The notes under the pieces are model-generated. The model was not told where the DNA came from, did not search any database, and saw only the letters and a list, made by a program, of their open reading frames with translations. A DNA stretch of 64,000 bases from Octopus vulgaris (lineage: Eukaryota), in NCBI GenBank assembly GCA_951406725.2, contig OX597818.1, positions 19,716,001 through 19,780,000 of the forward strand, written 5' to 3'. Of the stretch, positions 1 through 13,087 are shown in pieces. Within the stretch, counting starts at the first letter, position 1, and every line of letters starts with the position of its first letter. The translations under genes were made by a program, and so were the position numbers.

Positions 1-110
1 ATTTTAAGATTTTTTATATACATATTAAATATTAAATTAAATCATGTATGTTAAAGAGTTATTTCCCCTGTCATTTGTCAACACTTTTATGTTTTGGTGT
101 CATTGGAAAA

Positions 111-334
111 TTCTTTTACTCTTTTACTTGTTTCAGTCATTTGACTGTGGCCATGCTGGAGCACCACCTTTAGTCAAGAAAATCACCACCAGCACTTATT
201 CTTTGTAAACCTATCGGATTTTTTTGCCGAACCGCTAAGTTAAGGGGATGTAAACACACCAAGATCACTTGTCAAGCGATGGTAGGGGGGCAAACACAGA
301 CACAAACGTATACATACATATATATATATATATT

Positions 335-389
<55 letters not shown>

Positions 390-542
390 TTCCAGTTTCC
401 GTCTACCAACTCCACTCACAAGGCTTTGGTCGACCCGAGACTATAGTAGAAGACACTTACCCAAAGTGCTACGCAGTGGGACTGAACCCGGGACCGTGTG
501 GTTGGTAAGCAAGCTACTTACCACACAGCCACTCCTGCGCCT
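111..542 (-). mobile_element. tRNA-derived SINE, family A (internal TA/CA microsatellite)
   Basis: Minus-strand head AGGCGCAGGAGTGGCTGTGTGGT (A box)...GGTTCAGTCCC (B box), central (TA)n, AAAAGAGT-type tail; about 20 homologous copies or fragments in the window. Confidence 0.85.
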
Positions 543-554
543 GTTAAAAATAAT

Positions 555-3500
555 AATTTCTTTTATTTGCCACCAGGGCGAAGGATGAGGGGGAAAATAC
601 AAAGACAGACATAAATTGCGGGGGGGGGGGTACCTATAATGGAATGATATAATTATTTTTTTAAATGGGGTATACACAGTATACATTAAAAGAAGTGAAG
701 TATACACAGTATACAGCAATTAGGAGAAAAAATGTGATGGCGGGGGCTCCTGATACAGGAGGATCGCTAGGGATGATCGACGAACCCCACCATCCAAAAT
801 CACTCTGAATACCACGGACAAATACATTTTTCAACTCCTTTCCTCCGACTCACAGGTCTACGCTGAGAGTGGTACAATCCACTCTAACCATTTTCGCAAC
901 TTTCACCCACCTTTTCATAAATTCACTTGAGGACAGCACCTCTCTTTCTACTCTCATTCTCCTTTTGAAGTGAAAGTTGAAAAAATCGATAAGGGCTTTA
1001 CCAAAGAGGAATGTCTCTGTCCTCATTCCTTTCAGCCTCGTCCACCAGACAATCTCTTTCGCCGCAGCAACCAGGCTAAGGAAAACTGCCTTGCCGGTCT
1101 GATTAAAGGAGGGTGGCGGGGCAATCTGCACTATGAATTCGGACGACAGACAGATCCGCCCCATACGTAACAGAAACTGTTCGACATAACTCCACAAGTT
1201 AGCAATGCCCGGACACTGAACAAGTGCATGCAGAACGGTTTCATCGCTCTGTGCGCATCTCGGACAAGCCCGTCTGACAATACATCCGTGCCTGTAGAGT
1301 TTATCTCGAACCGGTAGCGTCCCCCGGTAGCACTGCCAAGTCAAAGACATCTGGAAATCATCCATAATAGTCCCCAACTTGAAAGTCCTCCGGAACAGAC
1401 TAGTCAGTTCATCTTCGTCAACACCCAGTGTCTCTCCTAGGATGTCGTCGCACTTTCCCGCCACTCATCTTCTATAAATAGCTAAAGTGGAACATCCACC
1501 GACCCAATTGCCTGACTGGTAGAGGACAGTGAGCACCTGACGACATTCTGAGTGCCAAGTGCCCAGTCTTAGTCTATCCTTTACCCAGGACTGCAGTTCT
1601 GTCAAAGAGACGAGTTGCAGAAATACGTGCCTCACAAACAGAACCCACACACGTTCACCTCTTAGAAATCGATGCAGGTGGCACAACCTGAGCGCATATT
1701 TGCCCATCAAAAGCCACGGCATGCCTCAGCCGCCACTCAGAGAGAGCTAACAGCAGATTGACAGCCTGACCATTGGAACGCGTCCCTTTCACAAGAACAT
1801 GAACAAGAGATGCTCCAATTTGATCAAACAATAACTGAGGCAAAGCACGACGGTCAGACGATAGATGATAACGGTGGCGATGTAGGCATTCGCTACCTCT
1901 GGCCGACCTTTCAAGGACAGTTTCCTCTCAGCCCATTTCTGGGTAAGACTGGCCACCCAGTTCGTCACCTCATCCTAGTTCTTATCCACCTGGAGTTCGA
2001 GACCAAACCAGACCCCAAGCAGTTTAACTGGTCCATCAGTCCAGCGTCCGACGACGCCATCTGACGGCATCGACCTGTCTCTAGAGGTGCCCAGTCGCAA
2101 GCCCACCGACTTCTTGGCATTGAGTTTAGCCCCTGCAACCGACTCATATTCTTCTAGAGTGGAGCCGACCGTCTCGAAGGCGTCCGACATCATGACGGTG
2201 ACGTCCGTGTATGCAGACACTGCTCTTCCAAGTTCCAGTTCGAATGGGATGCCCCCCTTAATTGTTCCAACTTCTGTAGCAGTGGCTCGAGAGCCAGCAC
2301 GCACCGGCCGCTATAAGGACGGCATTCTAGGTAGCGATGGTCGACCCTATCGAATGCTTTTGATTGATCCAGATTGATCAGGACCCCACCGAAGCCAGCT
2401 TTAGTTCCAGCCTTCTCTATGATGTATCGCATAAGGTGGAGGTTGTCGCGGATAGACCTGTTCAAGATTACGCACGTTTGTGCTTCCCCTACTAAACTAC
2501 GGACCACAAGCGCCAACCTTATCGCTAATACCTTGGCCAAAATCTTAAGCCCTGTGTCTAGCAGAGTTAAGGGCCGAAAATTCCCTACCATGTCCCCACT
2601 GTCGGCGTCCTTCTTCAGCGGTATCACCACACCCCGACCAACAGCCCTGAGAATTCTCCCGTTCTGTTGCCAGTTATGGTAATCGTCTGCCAAGAAGTCG
2701 TCAAACAAATCTGACATGAATACATAGGATTCATAAGGCAGACCATCTAAAGCTGGCGATTTGCGACTTGTGCAAACGCTCATCGCCTCTCGTATTTCAG
2801 TTGTCGTTATCGGCTTTTCGCATAACCTCACGTCCGCTGCCGAGAGCCGCGGCAGGTCATCTAGGTACAAACTAAAGTCCGCTGCCATCGTTGACCTATC
2901 GACCCCTCCATATAGTTGCGCTAAGTTCTGCTGAAAAGCAACACACATCTGCTCAGAACAATGTAACACGCACCCGTCCTGATCTATGAAAGACCACGTC
3001 ACGTCTCCACCGTTCGAGCCCTCGTGTTTTAGCGCACAGGCCTTAGCTCTGACAACGCAACCTTCATGTTTCGCCTCAAAGAAATGGTCAAGAGCCATTC
3101 TCGCCGCTAACACGTCAGTCGCGATGCCTTTACTAATCGCCTCTTCTAGTTTGCTAACTAGTACTCCCACTAATCAGTTTCTTTCTATTGCTAACTCTTT
3201 GCTAAACTCTATTGATTCTGCTCTAATCGCCCTCTTCAGGGCTATCCACCACCGGTTGTTGGCGATTGCCCCATCAACTGCCGCTTAATTACTTCGCTAA
3301 TCTGGTCACTGTAGTCATTGCGCACCGGAAAGGACGCGTTCGACTTCCAGTAACCGGATCCCTGTCAACCCGTCCTATCTAAATCGACTGTGCAGATCAC
3401 AAATTTGTGGTCTGTGTGGCCGATCAATTTGAATTGCGGACACCCTATACTAACCTTATCCGCTGGCTTCTCAAATATTCTATCTAGATACGATCTGGAT

Positions 3501-3880
3501 GACCCATTGTGATTGATCCATGTCCACACTGGCACATCAGGGAAATCCAATTGATACTTGTCAGAAACCTGGAAGTTTCTGAGCAGGTTTTCGAGTCTTT
3601 TACACTCTCTTCTTCTATGTACTAAACCTACACAGTCCTTCCGCGCATACAAAATACTATTTCTGTCCCAGAAATGTTTCTAGACACCTGAAAAATCTTG
3701 CCTCCTAGCCCCTGTCGGAGCATACACGGCCACCAATCTAAAGGTACTACCTTCACCGCCATTCACATCTAGGACCACCAACCTACCGTCCGAGTCCAAG
3801 AAGATGGCCCTTACTTTGAGACCTAAGGATTTTCGGAATAACACTGCTACATCGCAGCCCAATCTCTATATTGTTCACTT
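555..3880 (-). mobile_element. Degenerate 5'-truncated Tx1/L1-group LINE (APE endonuclease, RT, zinc finger)
   Basis: Broken ORFs in order: EN (VAVYAPTG, SYLDRIF, TDHK; 3365-3862), RT (KSPALDGLP, NFRPLTLL, LDQSKAFDRVDH; 2190-3170; AYTDV for YADD and KLLGVWFG in 1975-2304), C-terminal CPRC-x-ETVLHALVQC (850-1464); AATAAA on minus near 562-567. Confidence 0.9.
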
Positions 3881-4154
3881 TTCTGTATGTGTAGCATTGA
3901 GGGCCACACATCTTCGAGGCATTTTTCAGTCTCTGTCGGAGTAGGAAATTTAAGTTTCCTCTCCTTGCGAGAAACACATTTATAAACAATTGTTCGTCTT
4001 TCGGAGGTTTATTTCTCCTCCTCACCAAGGCACATAACACTTGGTTTTATAATGTCACTCAGGTATTTCAGTGCCTTATTTTTTAAGTCATCCGCTGAAA
4101 AAAATAGTCCAATTGCTAACGGTTGCAGAAAAGGAAGTAGCTTTGTTGAGGTTC

Positions 4155-4550
4155 ATTGTGTTATTATTACTGTTGTTGTTGCTGGTGGTGTCGTCGTTGT
4201 TGTTTTCCACACAGTTATCACTGTTGTTGTTGTTTTCAATCTTGTTCATGTTACATTTTTTTGTTTTCGATCTTGTTGCTGATGTTGTTGATACAGTTGC
4301 AGTTATTGTTGTTGTTTCTGCCGTTTATGGTGGTGGTGGTGGTGGTGCTGCTGCTGCTGCTGCTGTTGCTGCTGTTCACATTGTTGCTGTAGTCATCCTC
4401 ATCATTATCGTTGCTGCTGGTACTTTTGCATTTATTACTGACGTCATAGTAACAAGAGGAAATTATTTTTCTCTTTGGCGAGAAATTTATTTCACCTTCG
4501 GCTGCGTTTGTTTTCGGACGCTGCTCTTAGTCGATTATTATTATTATTAA
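4155..4550. repeat. Degenerate (GTT)/(GGT)/(GCT)/(TTA) trinucleotide low-complexity tract
   Basis: Visible mixed triplet repeats. Confidence 0.8.
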
Positions 4551-4659
4551 TTCTTCGTATTCCGACATTTTTTAGAATTGGAAAAATGAATGAAATGTCT
4601 TCACAAAAAATGTAAAACAATTATTACATCCCCAAAAAGGGGGGTATGGTGCTCCACCA

Positions 4660-4980
4660 CTGTTTCTGCACGTGATCAGAGATGCACAGCATCCTTAAAC
4701 GACCCTTATTCAGGGACCTCTTGAGCAGGATGGGTTACTCGAACTGAAGAAAATTCTAACTGGGCTCCACCTGCAAGATCATGTGATGTTTATCTTGATA
4801 TGAGATCACCATGTCGCGCACATGTGATTGTGATGCATGCGCTTGGTGTGGCCTTATCAGGCGGGTAGTCATGGTGGGTATACTGGGCTTCGTATATTTG
4901 CACCCCAGTATCACTTTGATGGCATGCACTGCTCTCTCACTCAATAATAATAATAATGATAATAATAATAATAATAATAA
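4660..4980 (+). mobile_element. Probable retroelement 3' end with (AAT)n tail
   Basis: About 280 bp of higher-GC sequence ending abruptly in CTCACTC(AAT)n; no recognisable ORF. Confidence 0.4.
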
Positions 4981-5621
4981 GATAAGAAAAATAAATTGCA
5001 TTCTTTCTTCTTCTAGTGATTAGTGTATCTTATCACATTATCTCATCAAATAGCATTTATTCCGTGATTAAAAAACCTTGAACATAATCAACGTTATCAA
5101 AAAAGGGAAAAAAAATTGTGGTTTAGCTTCCATGCCAACTCTAAGCAAGCAAACCTATGATAAAAGGCATTCCACGCGTGACCATCCTATAGTTCTAAGA
5201 ATATCTGAGACTGCAGTAAGTTTATTCTTTCAGTTTGTAAAGGCAATCAGATGTGATTTGATCAAGATTTTGGCTGCTAAGCTGGTGAAATATGAATGAG
5301 AATTTCACAACTATTTCCAGCAGATATTATGTAGAAGGCTCCGTTGTTAGCTGAATCGAGAGGAGTAGTAATAGTTTGTTGTGTCTGGGGAGAGTCATAT
5401 TGTCTTGATGCCTTATTATCTAACACACTCACCGGTTCGATTTCCACTCATTAATTATTTATATATTTTCTTCCAAAATTTTCGTTGCTTTTTGCAACCT
5501 TTTCAATGGATGTTGACTATCTGTTTGGTCGCATGTATGCGTCAGCGAGCATGTGAATGCACATGTGTATGTATGCATGTATGTATGTGTGTATGCATAT
5601 GTGTATGCATGTATGTACGCA

Positions 5622-6398
5622 TGTTAAGTTAGTTAAGTTAATTTTTTGGCTCAAAAAGCAAAAAGCAAGGCCATGTAGGGGGACATGGAGTTATGTACAG
5701 GAAGGGTGTTCATGCAAAGAGTTCAGGCCATTTCTGGTCAAGAGAGACTTTGAACCGAGCGGTTGTCGGCATCTTCACTATCTCGTCCGGCAGCTTATTC
5801 CACGGATCCGCAACCCGGACGGAGAAGCCCCTCTCCTTCGATTTAGATGAAATCGTCGCAGATAGAGCTTTTCGGAGTGACCCCACAGCCGACGCTCTGG
5901 AGCAGGCGTGAAGAACAGCTCTTTCGAGAGGTTACACTTTCCGCTTATGATGTTGTGAGCAAGAATGAGATCACCACGGCGCTGTCGTTTTTCTAGAGAA
6001 TAAAGGTCGAGCGTCTTCAGCCTTTCTTCATAAGACAAATGCTTGAGACCAAGAACCATGCGGGTAGCCAGCTTCTGGACTCTTTCGAGATGATGTATGT
6101 CTTTGAGGAGATAAGGAGAAGAAGCTTGAATCTCGTACTCCAATATGGGTCTCACCAGCGTGACATAGAGCGGTAGGAATATGGCTGCTGTGAGCATTCC
6201 GAATGACCGTCGAATCAAATACAGAACTCCGCGTGCTTTGTTGGCAGCATGGATGCACTGGGCCGAAGGCGAAAAGGAAGAATCCACCAAGATACCCAGG
6301 TCCTTTACCTGGTCGGTCCTCTCCAGCAGCAGACGACTCGGCTCGAAATCAAGTTGAGTTGCAGGAGAAGAGCCAACAGGCAGAGTCTGCATATTCAT
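5622..6398 (-). mobile_element. CR1-clade LINE 3' fragment
   Basis: ORF 5778-6398: VKDLGILVD, LYVTLVRPILEY, LERVQKLATRMV, LSYEERLKTLDLYSLEKR..RGDLI; short tandem tail at 5622-5641. Confidence 0.9.
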
Positions 6399-6630
6399 GT
6401 TTGTGTGTACCTTTGTCTCCTTGTGTGTGCATGTGTTTATACGTATTGGTTTGTGTGACTATGTACGTGAGTATATTATGTATGGATGTATGTCTTCGTG
6501 TCTTCATGTGGATGCGTGTGCGTTTGGTTCATCTCCTTTTGTGTATGTGTGCTTGTCTGTCCGTATTACCTATGTACCTATCTGTTTATTCACATATACA
6601 TTTACCTACCTACCTATATATATATATATA

Positions 6631-6895
6631 CGTTATATAATTAGGGTTCAGTAAAAAAATTATTTTTGAGTATACATTGTCTGGGATACTTTTCTTATAG
6701 TAGAGGAAATAGCTAAAACTTTTTGGCTGCTATTTCTAAAGGTTCGGTGTGTGGTAAAGTAAATATTTTTACTGAACCCTAATTATATAACGTAATGTTT
6801 TAAATATACCGTAAATAGTCTTTTTACATACTGAACACTACTTGGTAAAATTATTAATTAATAATTAATTAATTTTACCCTTTTATTATTAACAA
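6631..6895 (+). mobile_element. Truncated member of the 587-nt hammerhead element family (homologous to 54361-55535)
   Basis: Shares TAGTAGA.GAATAGCTA, GCTATTTCTAAA, CTACTTGGT and AATTAATT..ACCCTTTTATTA with the 54-55 kb unit; 6631-6657 is an inverted copy of about 6766-6792; (TA)n on both sides. Confidence 0.7.
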
Positions 6896-6949
6896 TATAT
6901 ATATATATATACATAATTTGCCAACATAACAGCTTACTAGCAAATGTAC

Positions 6950-7490
6950 TTATGTATATATATTCTGTGGGTATTAGGGTATCATTACCTTCTACGAGTA
7001 TTTCCTATTTAGTACGGGTGGGGGACGTTTCATTTATGAGGACGTATTCTGGTATTTGTTTGAGTGATGGGTCCTTCGGGTGCTTGGATAAAATGCGTGT
7101 GTCAAGTCGGCCCAGTGTACCTCCATGTTGGTCTTTGGCATATTGGTGGAGTATGGAGGACTGTTTTTAGTCATCATATTCCTTCAAGTCTTTATTTAAT
7201 CTCTCCGCAATATTTCTAGATGTTTCTCCAATGTATGCCATGTTCTTGTCTTTACAAGCACCCTCTTTGCACTTTAAGCTGTAGACTACATTTCTAGTTC
7301 TACAGTTAATGCCACGGCTAATCTTACATACCACGCAGTTTTCATTAGTGCATGTGGTATTTTCGAAGGGGTACATCCTACATAACTGCGATTAGAATCT
7401 GATGGAGCTTCCTGGCTTTTCAACGATCTTAATTTTAAGCTTGCTCTCCTTCAGAGCTTTCCTAAATCCGCGGGCTAGAAGTTTGCATCT
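6950..7490 (-). mobile_element. Penelope-like element GIY-YIG endonuclease fragment
   Basis: ORF 7167-7376: CxxxxCxxC, CRTRNVVYSLKC..C..AYIGETSRNIAERL; continues after a stop as KQSSILHQYAKDQH, typical of a PLE C-terminal endonuclease. Confidence 0.85.
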
Positions 7491-7659
7491 GTGAAAAATC
7501 AGTTATTTTACGAATTAAAATACACCGTACTGTTTAACCAACGCCCAACAAGGAGTTTCTAGTTGCTGAACTTGCTAGAAATAGCAGCCAAATTTTTCTC
7601 AACTTCACGCATACACTTTTTTAAAGAAAACATTAAAATATTGTTTGCACCAGGTAATT

Positions 7660-8615
7660 ACATTTAGAGGATGATAGGGGTTCGTTTCCCTGCTTGCAAT
7701 ATATCGGGTGCAGATTGCATCGATAAACAGCTGGACGAGGCTCCTCCTGCGGTTAAAAAACGGTAGGAACGTCGGTTCCTACGGAACAGCCATATTGAAG
7801 TGGCGGTAAACATTACTTCTCAGTATAGTTACTACTTACATCTCTTTAAGAGATTTTCGAAGTAGCTACTTCGCTTGTTGCAAGATCAGTGACTGACTGG
7901 TACTTATTTTTCTATATATTACGAGCTGGAGAGGATTACTGCTATGGAGGACAAGAATGGAAGGTTCTGTGACAGGGTCCTTTGTCTCTGGCCCTGGTTT
8001 GCTATCCTACTTCAGATACCATCTGAAGAGCAAGAGGGGTTGGAGAGGAAGACCCTGCAGTTGAGCGAATATGAGCAACGATGTAAGGATGTGATGAGAA
8101 AGGTGGGTGTTAGTAACCCAGCTTAATCATCGAGGAAAGGAAAAGCGAGTTGCTGGGCTTTATAGGCTGCCGGGTTCATTTTTTTCTTTTTCATATTCTT
8201 TATTTCGTCTATTTATGGTTTTTGTTTTGAAAAAAAAGTTCTAGTGAAAAGTTTTAAAATTAATTATTTTTATTAAATTATATATAAGTGAATTTTTATT
8301 ATAATCATTCGAATTCATCCAACATTTTGTATTTGTCTGTCTTGTAATGTCCCCATTCTGTTTCGATCCTATGTGATCATAATAAAGAATTCATCTCTAG
8401 CTGACGGGTGTCCACCACTGAGGATGCGCACAAATTAGCTCGGAACCGTACTGTCGTCTGCTAGCATTTCATAGGGGTTCGCTCCCCTGCTAGCAATATA
8501 TATCGGGTGCAGATTGCATCGATAACAGCTGGAAGAGGCTCCGCCTGAGGCTAAAAGTGGTAGTAATGTCAATTTTTACGGAACAGCTACATTAAAGTGG
8601 CGATAAACATATACC
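7660..8615 (+). mobile_element. Decayed retrozyme-like partial tandem with about 460 bp internal insertion
   Basis: Diverged direct repeats about 7674-7812 and 8471-8610; broken hammerhead CTGAGGA...GGAACCGTAC at 8418-8451; homologous to 33990-34230. Confidence 0.7.
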
Positions 8616-8774
8616 TTGCTACTTTGCTTAATGACATTTAAAATTTTTCTGAAAATGAAACAACTGCTTCTTTCAAATATAAGCGAAATATGTTTATAAA
8701 TTTCTATAAATCTTATATACCGCAGCTGAAGTTCCCTAAACCTCATTTGTTACTGGTTTATTTATATATTTTTT

Positions 8775-9140
8775 CGTGGTTCTGCGATAAAAAGCTTGCT
8801 CTTCAACCACATGGTTCCGGGTTCAGTCCCACTGCGTGGCACCTTGGACAAGTGTCTCCTACTATAGCCGCGGGTCAACCAAAGTCTCATAGTGGATTTG
8901 GTAGGCGGAAACTGAAAGAAGCCCCTCGTATATGTGTGCGTATTTGTCCCCTACTACCGCTTGACAACCGATGTTGATGTGTTTACGTCTCCGTAACTTA
9001 GCAGTTTGGCATAAGAAACCGATAAAGTACCAAGCTTAACAAAACAAAAGTACTGGGATCGATTCATTTCCATAAACATTCTTCTAGGCAGTGGTCCAGT
9101 ATGGTCGCAGTTTAATGACTGAAACAAGTAAAAGATAAAA
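8775..9140 (+). mobile_element. SINE family A
   Basis: CCACATGGTTCCGGGTTCAGTCCCACTGCGTGGCACCTTG through GACTGAAACAAGTAAAAG tail. Confidence 0.8.
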
Positions 9141-9649
9141 GATTCTAAATTTCTCATGTTCAAAATAGAAATCTGGAGACCGTTTAAAAAAAGTGGGTGT
9201 AATAAAAAAAAATACGTTTAATACATTTGGGTGTGGTTTGATGAAGAGTTGGTGCCATTTCTATCAGATCGAATGGCGGGATTCTGGTTTAAGCACCCCG
9301 TGTAACTTCTTTTATTTTGGGGAAATTTTCAGAAAATTCTTGCGAATTTGTGTTCTACACACTAGGATTCATACACTTATGCGGAAAAAAATTGTGATTT
9401 AAGCTGTTATCGTTAACACATCTCACGACCACCTGATACCTTCCCCGTTTCTTTTCACTCTGACATGGATTGACGTTTTTCAATGTTTTTCTCCCCATAA
9501 AGACAGTTAATGGAATGGTGATGTACCCAAGAGTGAGATTTAAGCAAAAAGTTCGTACTGTCCCTATTTTAAACTCGGATTTAAGAAAAAAGAATCGAAA
9601 AAGAGTGAATCTTTTAGGATTTATTGGGTCGGGGGTCCCAATAAATCCT

Positions 9650-9815
9650 AATGCTTAGCGGTCCGTCTTCACGTTCTTAGTTCAAATTCCACCGAGGTCG
9701 ACTTTGCCTTTCATCCTTTCGGGATCGATAAAAAAAAGTACCAGCTGAGTACTGAGGTCGATGTAATCGACTTAGCTCCTCCAACGAAATTTCTGGCCTT
9801 CTTACGCTAGTAGAT
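9650..9815 (+). mobile_element. SINE family B (Meta-domain-like core), partial
   Basis: GAGGTCGACTTTGCCTTTCATCCTTTCGGGATCGATAAA..GTACCAG core shared with more than 10 copies. Confidence 0.75.
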
Positions 9816-10319
9816 GCTAAACACCAAATGTATAAAGAATATCTGGGAAAGAATGTGGGCGCTTTTCTATGCATTCTAACACAGTTACCATAAAAGATAA
9901 CTAAATCAATACATCAGAATCGTTGATCAAAAAGTTCAGTATCTTGTCTGTTGTTTAGCCCCTTATTTTTCTGGGGCCTTTTTTTTTTTAACCAAGGGAT
10001 AGTATCTGGGACCATTTTTAATTTGAGTCTTTTTCTTTTTTTTTTTAGATAAAATGTGAGCGAGTGATACCTACTAGTCGAGCGACCTTTCCTGAGCAGC
10101 AGCAGCACTCCTAAAAAAATTTCAAAGTAATTTTTCGCTAAGCATGCCATTCAGAATGTCCCACAAGATTGCAGTTTGTCCACGACTAATATAAACTTAC
10201 TGTTTCAACCACTGTTATACCAGATTATTATCACAACTACATATTTTAAAGAGTCGAACGCTTCCTTTCTGTGTCCTTATATTTGTGAAGGAGAGGCAAG
10301 CACCCCTACCATCCAAGAT

Positions 10320-10378
10320 TCACACCTGAGGACATGCATGTTTCTGGGTCTTAACCCGTCATCAGCCCAGGATAGTGA
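10320..10378 (-). ncRNA. Type I hammerhead ribozyme
   Basis: Minus: CCUGGG CUGAUGA cGGGU-UAAG-ACCCa GAAA CAUGCAUG UC^CUCAGG; 6-bp helix I, palindromic helix III, predicted cleavage between 10331 and 10330. Confidence 0.8.
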
Positions 10379-10988
10379 GATCTGCCGATTGAGGTGCTTG
10401 CCCAGCCTTCACAAATATATATATTTACAGTGAAATCTATTCACTGGTTACCGTAATCAGAAATATTAAATTTCTAAATGTCTCAAAAAGACATGAGCGG
10501 TGGTGGAGCGTTAAAGTGGTTGTATACTGTCAACTTAACGTGACAGTCCCGTATGGGAATTACACCACCGCTGTTTAGCCCTGAATTATCTGAAAATTTG
10601 AAACACTAAGTGGTTGGAAGAAATTTAACAATATTTCACTTATTCTAATCCAGATAAAGAATTTTTTTATATTTCTTTTGCAAATGTCCTTAAAATGCAA
10701 GAATAGTTTTAAAAGTTCACTAATTGGATTAATGATAATCCTCTGAATACCCAACGTCCACTTGTAAGAGGCAACACCCTTAAGGGGACGCTACTGCCCA
10801 AGTTAAGTATCACCGCTGCAGACGCTGTTTGTGTCCCTTTGATAAATGACTTGCCTGGGATTGAAACCATGCCTTTGTATTCAATCCATGCAATTTCGTT
10901 TTACTTGTTGCTTGGCAGTAATCGAAATATTGCCGGCATACATATACAATGTGCCCCACTCCACGACTTTGTTGTGAAAATTCCTTTC

Positions 10989-11296
10989 GGTACTCCTAGC
11001 GAACAGTGGTCCCGGTGCGCGCACACGCGCAGTCGCGCATCCGCACTAGCTAGTCGTAAGTAGTCGATCCTACAACGACTACCTAGCAAGGTAAATAAAA
11101 CACAAAATAAATAATTTTTTTACACAAAGTAAATCATTTTTGTAAAACAAAGTAAATAAAACACAAAAACACAAAGTAAATAATTTTTTAAACAAAGTAA
11201 ATAACACAAAAACACAAAGTAAGGATCGACTAGTCATGACTAGCTGGCGCGGATGCGCGAGTACGCGCACCGGGACCACTGTTCTCAAGTGGTACC
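10989..11296. mobile_element. MITE with GGTAC termini (Merlin/MULE-like)
   Basis: About 75-85 bp imperfect TIRs; flanks TTCCTTTC/TTCTTTTC; same family as 15960-16244. Confidence 0.85.
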
Positions 11297-12171
11297 TTCT
11301 TTTCCGGGGTGGGGAGAAGAGTTTTGGAAAATTCATTACATCAGAATTCAATGTGGATAAAAAACGGAGGGAACGCACGCATACATCATAATTTGTTTCG
11401 AAATTTCAAGTTCCATTTTGTAGATATATGAGGTGTCAGTGTGTACGTCTGCACGATCACTAATTATTTTTTGCACTAATTTCCAATATAATAGTAATCT
11501 ATACACACTGAAAAATACTTGTAGAAAATTCCATTAAAGAAATACTCGTTTTTTTCCGAAAATTATGAGGAAACAAACCCAACACTTGAATTTTCCAGAA
11601 TTCCTCTTGGCACTCCCAGAAAAATAGTTCACAACAACTTCCTATATAACTGGAATTTATATCATAAAGTGTATTTGTAAAAATGCCATTAAAAAAAAAA
11701 TAATCATTTATCTTTAAGCTATGAGGAAGTGAGTACATAATACACAGAAATACGCTTCAGATGGTGTAGATTGCGATTATATGGGAATTTGATTTGAAAA
11801 ATCTTTTCTGTGAGTGGGAAGATGAGTTTCCGAAAATTTACATGGAGTTGGCTTTGTTTGCTCTGAAGTTTCAGGAAAATTTGTATTTTTGTAATGAAAT
11901 TTTCTACAACTACTTTTCAGAGTGTGCAAATTATGATTATATCGGAATCTAATGTGAAAAGAAAAATTGACCACACACTTGATTGATACACATCATCATT
12001 TTTTTTTCAATATTTCAAGTTTGGAAAATTCCATCAAAACTATATATTTGTCTGGAAGTTAAGAGGAAACAAAGTCTGGGGTAGTGGGGCACATGAGACT
12101 ATAGCTATCCAAGACATTCTTTCGTAAGACTTGAACATTCATTTAATACTACTTTTACAGGGGGGGGGTTC

Positions 12172-12410
12172 GGTATTCTTTCGATTTGACTCGACGAGAT
12201 CAAAAATCTCGGTTGTTTCCGTGACAACTCGACAATTTACATTGGATATCTTCGTGACCTCCGTGACAGCTGCTAACATGGGAGAAGCTAATGTGTGTGT
12301 GTGTGTGTGTGCAGCAGCTGTCACGAAGATATCCGAAGTGAATTGTCAAGTTGTCACGGAAACAACCGAAGTTTTGTTTTGGTCTCGTCGAGTCAAATCG
12401 AAAGAATGCC
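12172..12410. mobile_element. MITE with about 87 bp TIRs
   Basis: GGTATTCTTTCGATTTGACTCGACGAGA...TCTCGTCGAGTCAAATCGAAAGAATGCC. Confidence 0.8.
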
Positions 12411-12799
12411 TTTTTTTTTCTTTTAAAAACCATCTCAAGAAACAAGTATTTCAGAAAAAGTACAAGTTCAAACGAAGTATTAGATAAATTTATACAATTC
12501 ATTTTTCTAGGAACCGTTATTGAAATTCCAAAACACATCATTCGGCGATCTTTCATTTTTCTTCACAGCATAAGAATTTATCAGATATTATGAAATCTAA
12601 TCTAAACACGTGTTGCTGTTATGTTTTCTTTCGCGAAGTTGATATACTTGTTATGCCCACAGGATCAAGTTTTCATTTGTGTTATTTGATAAAGGCCAAG
12701 AAAAGAAGGAAAAAAAAACAGAAAATATCTTAAACAAGGCATGTATATTTCCTTACAAGGTATTTCTTATGTTGGTCACATATTTATAGAGAAAGTGGG

Positions 12800-13087
12800 C
12801 AATCTTTCGATAGCCATACATGAGAAGTGAAAGTATTGTGAAAGTTAGGAGAGTCCAGTTTGCTGGACATTGTTGTAGAGCTGAAAAAGAAGTAATTTCT
12901 ACTCTTCTCCTCTGGAAGCCATCTACTCGCAATACCAGAGGGCGCACACTCTCCTACCCAGATGTAATCTCCAGGGATACAGGCATCCAGCAACAGGACC
13001 TCCGTAATGCCATGATGGACCGTGAAGTCTGGCGTAGCATGGTAAATTCCATTGTCTCGACCACGGTCGAACAATGATGATGATGAT
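12800..13087 (+). mobile_element. RTE-type LINE 3' end
   Basis: RRVQFAGHCCR...RGR...AMMDREVWRSMV followed by a (TGA)n tail. Confidence 0.75.

Noticed and set aside
269-508. Recurrent peptides such as EDTCPRCHAVGLNPEPCG
   Set aside because: Translations of SINE family A copies.
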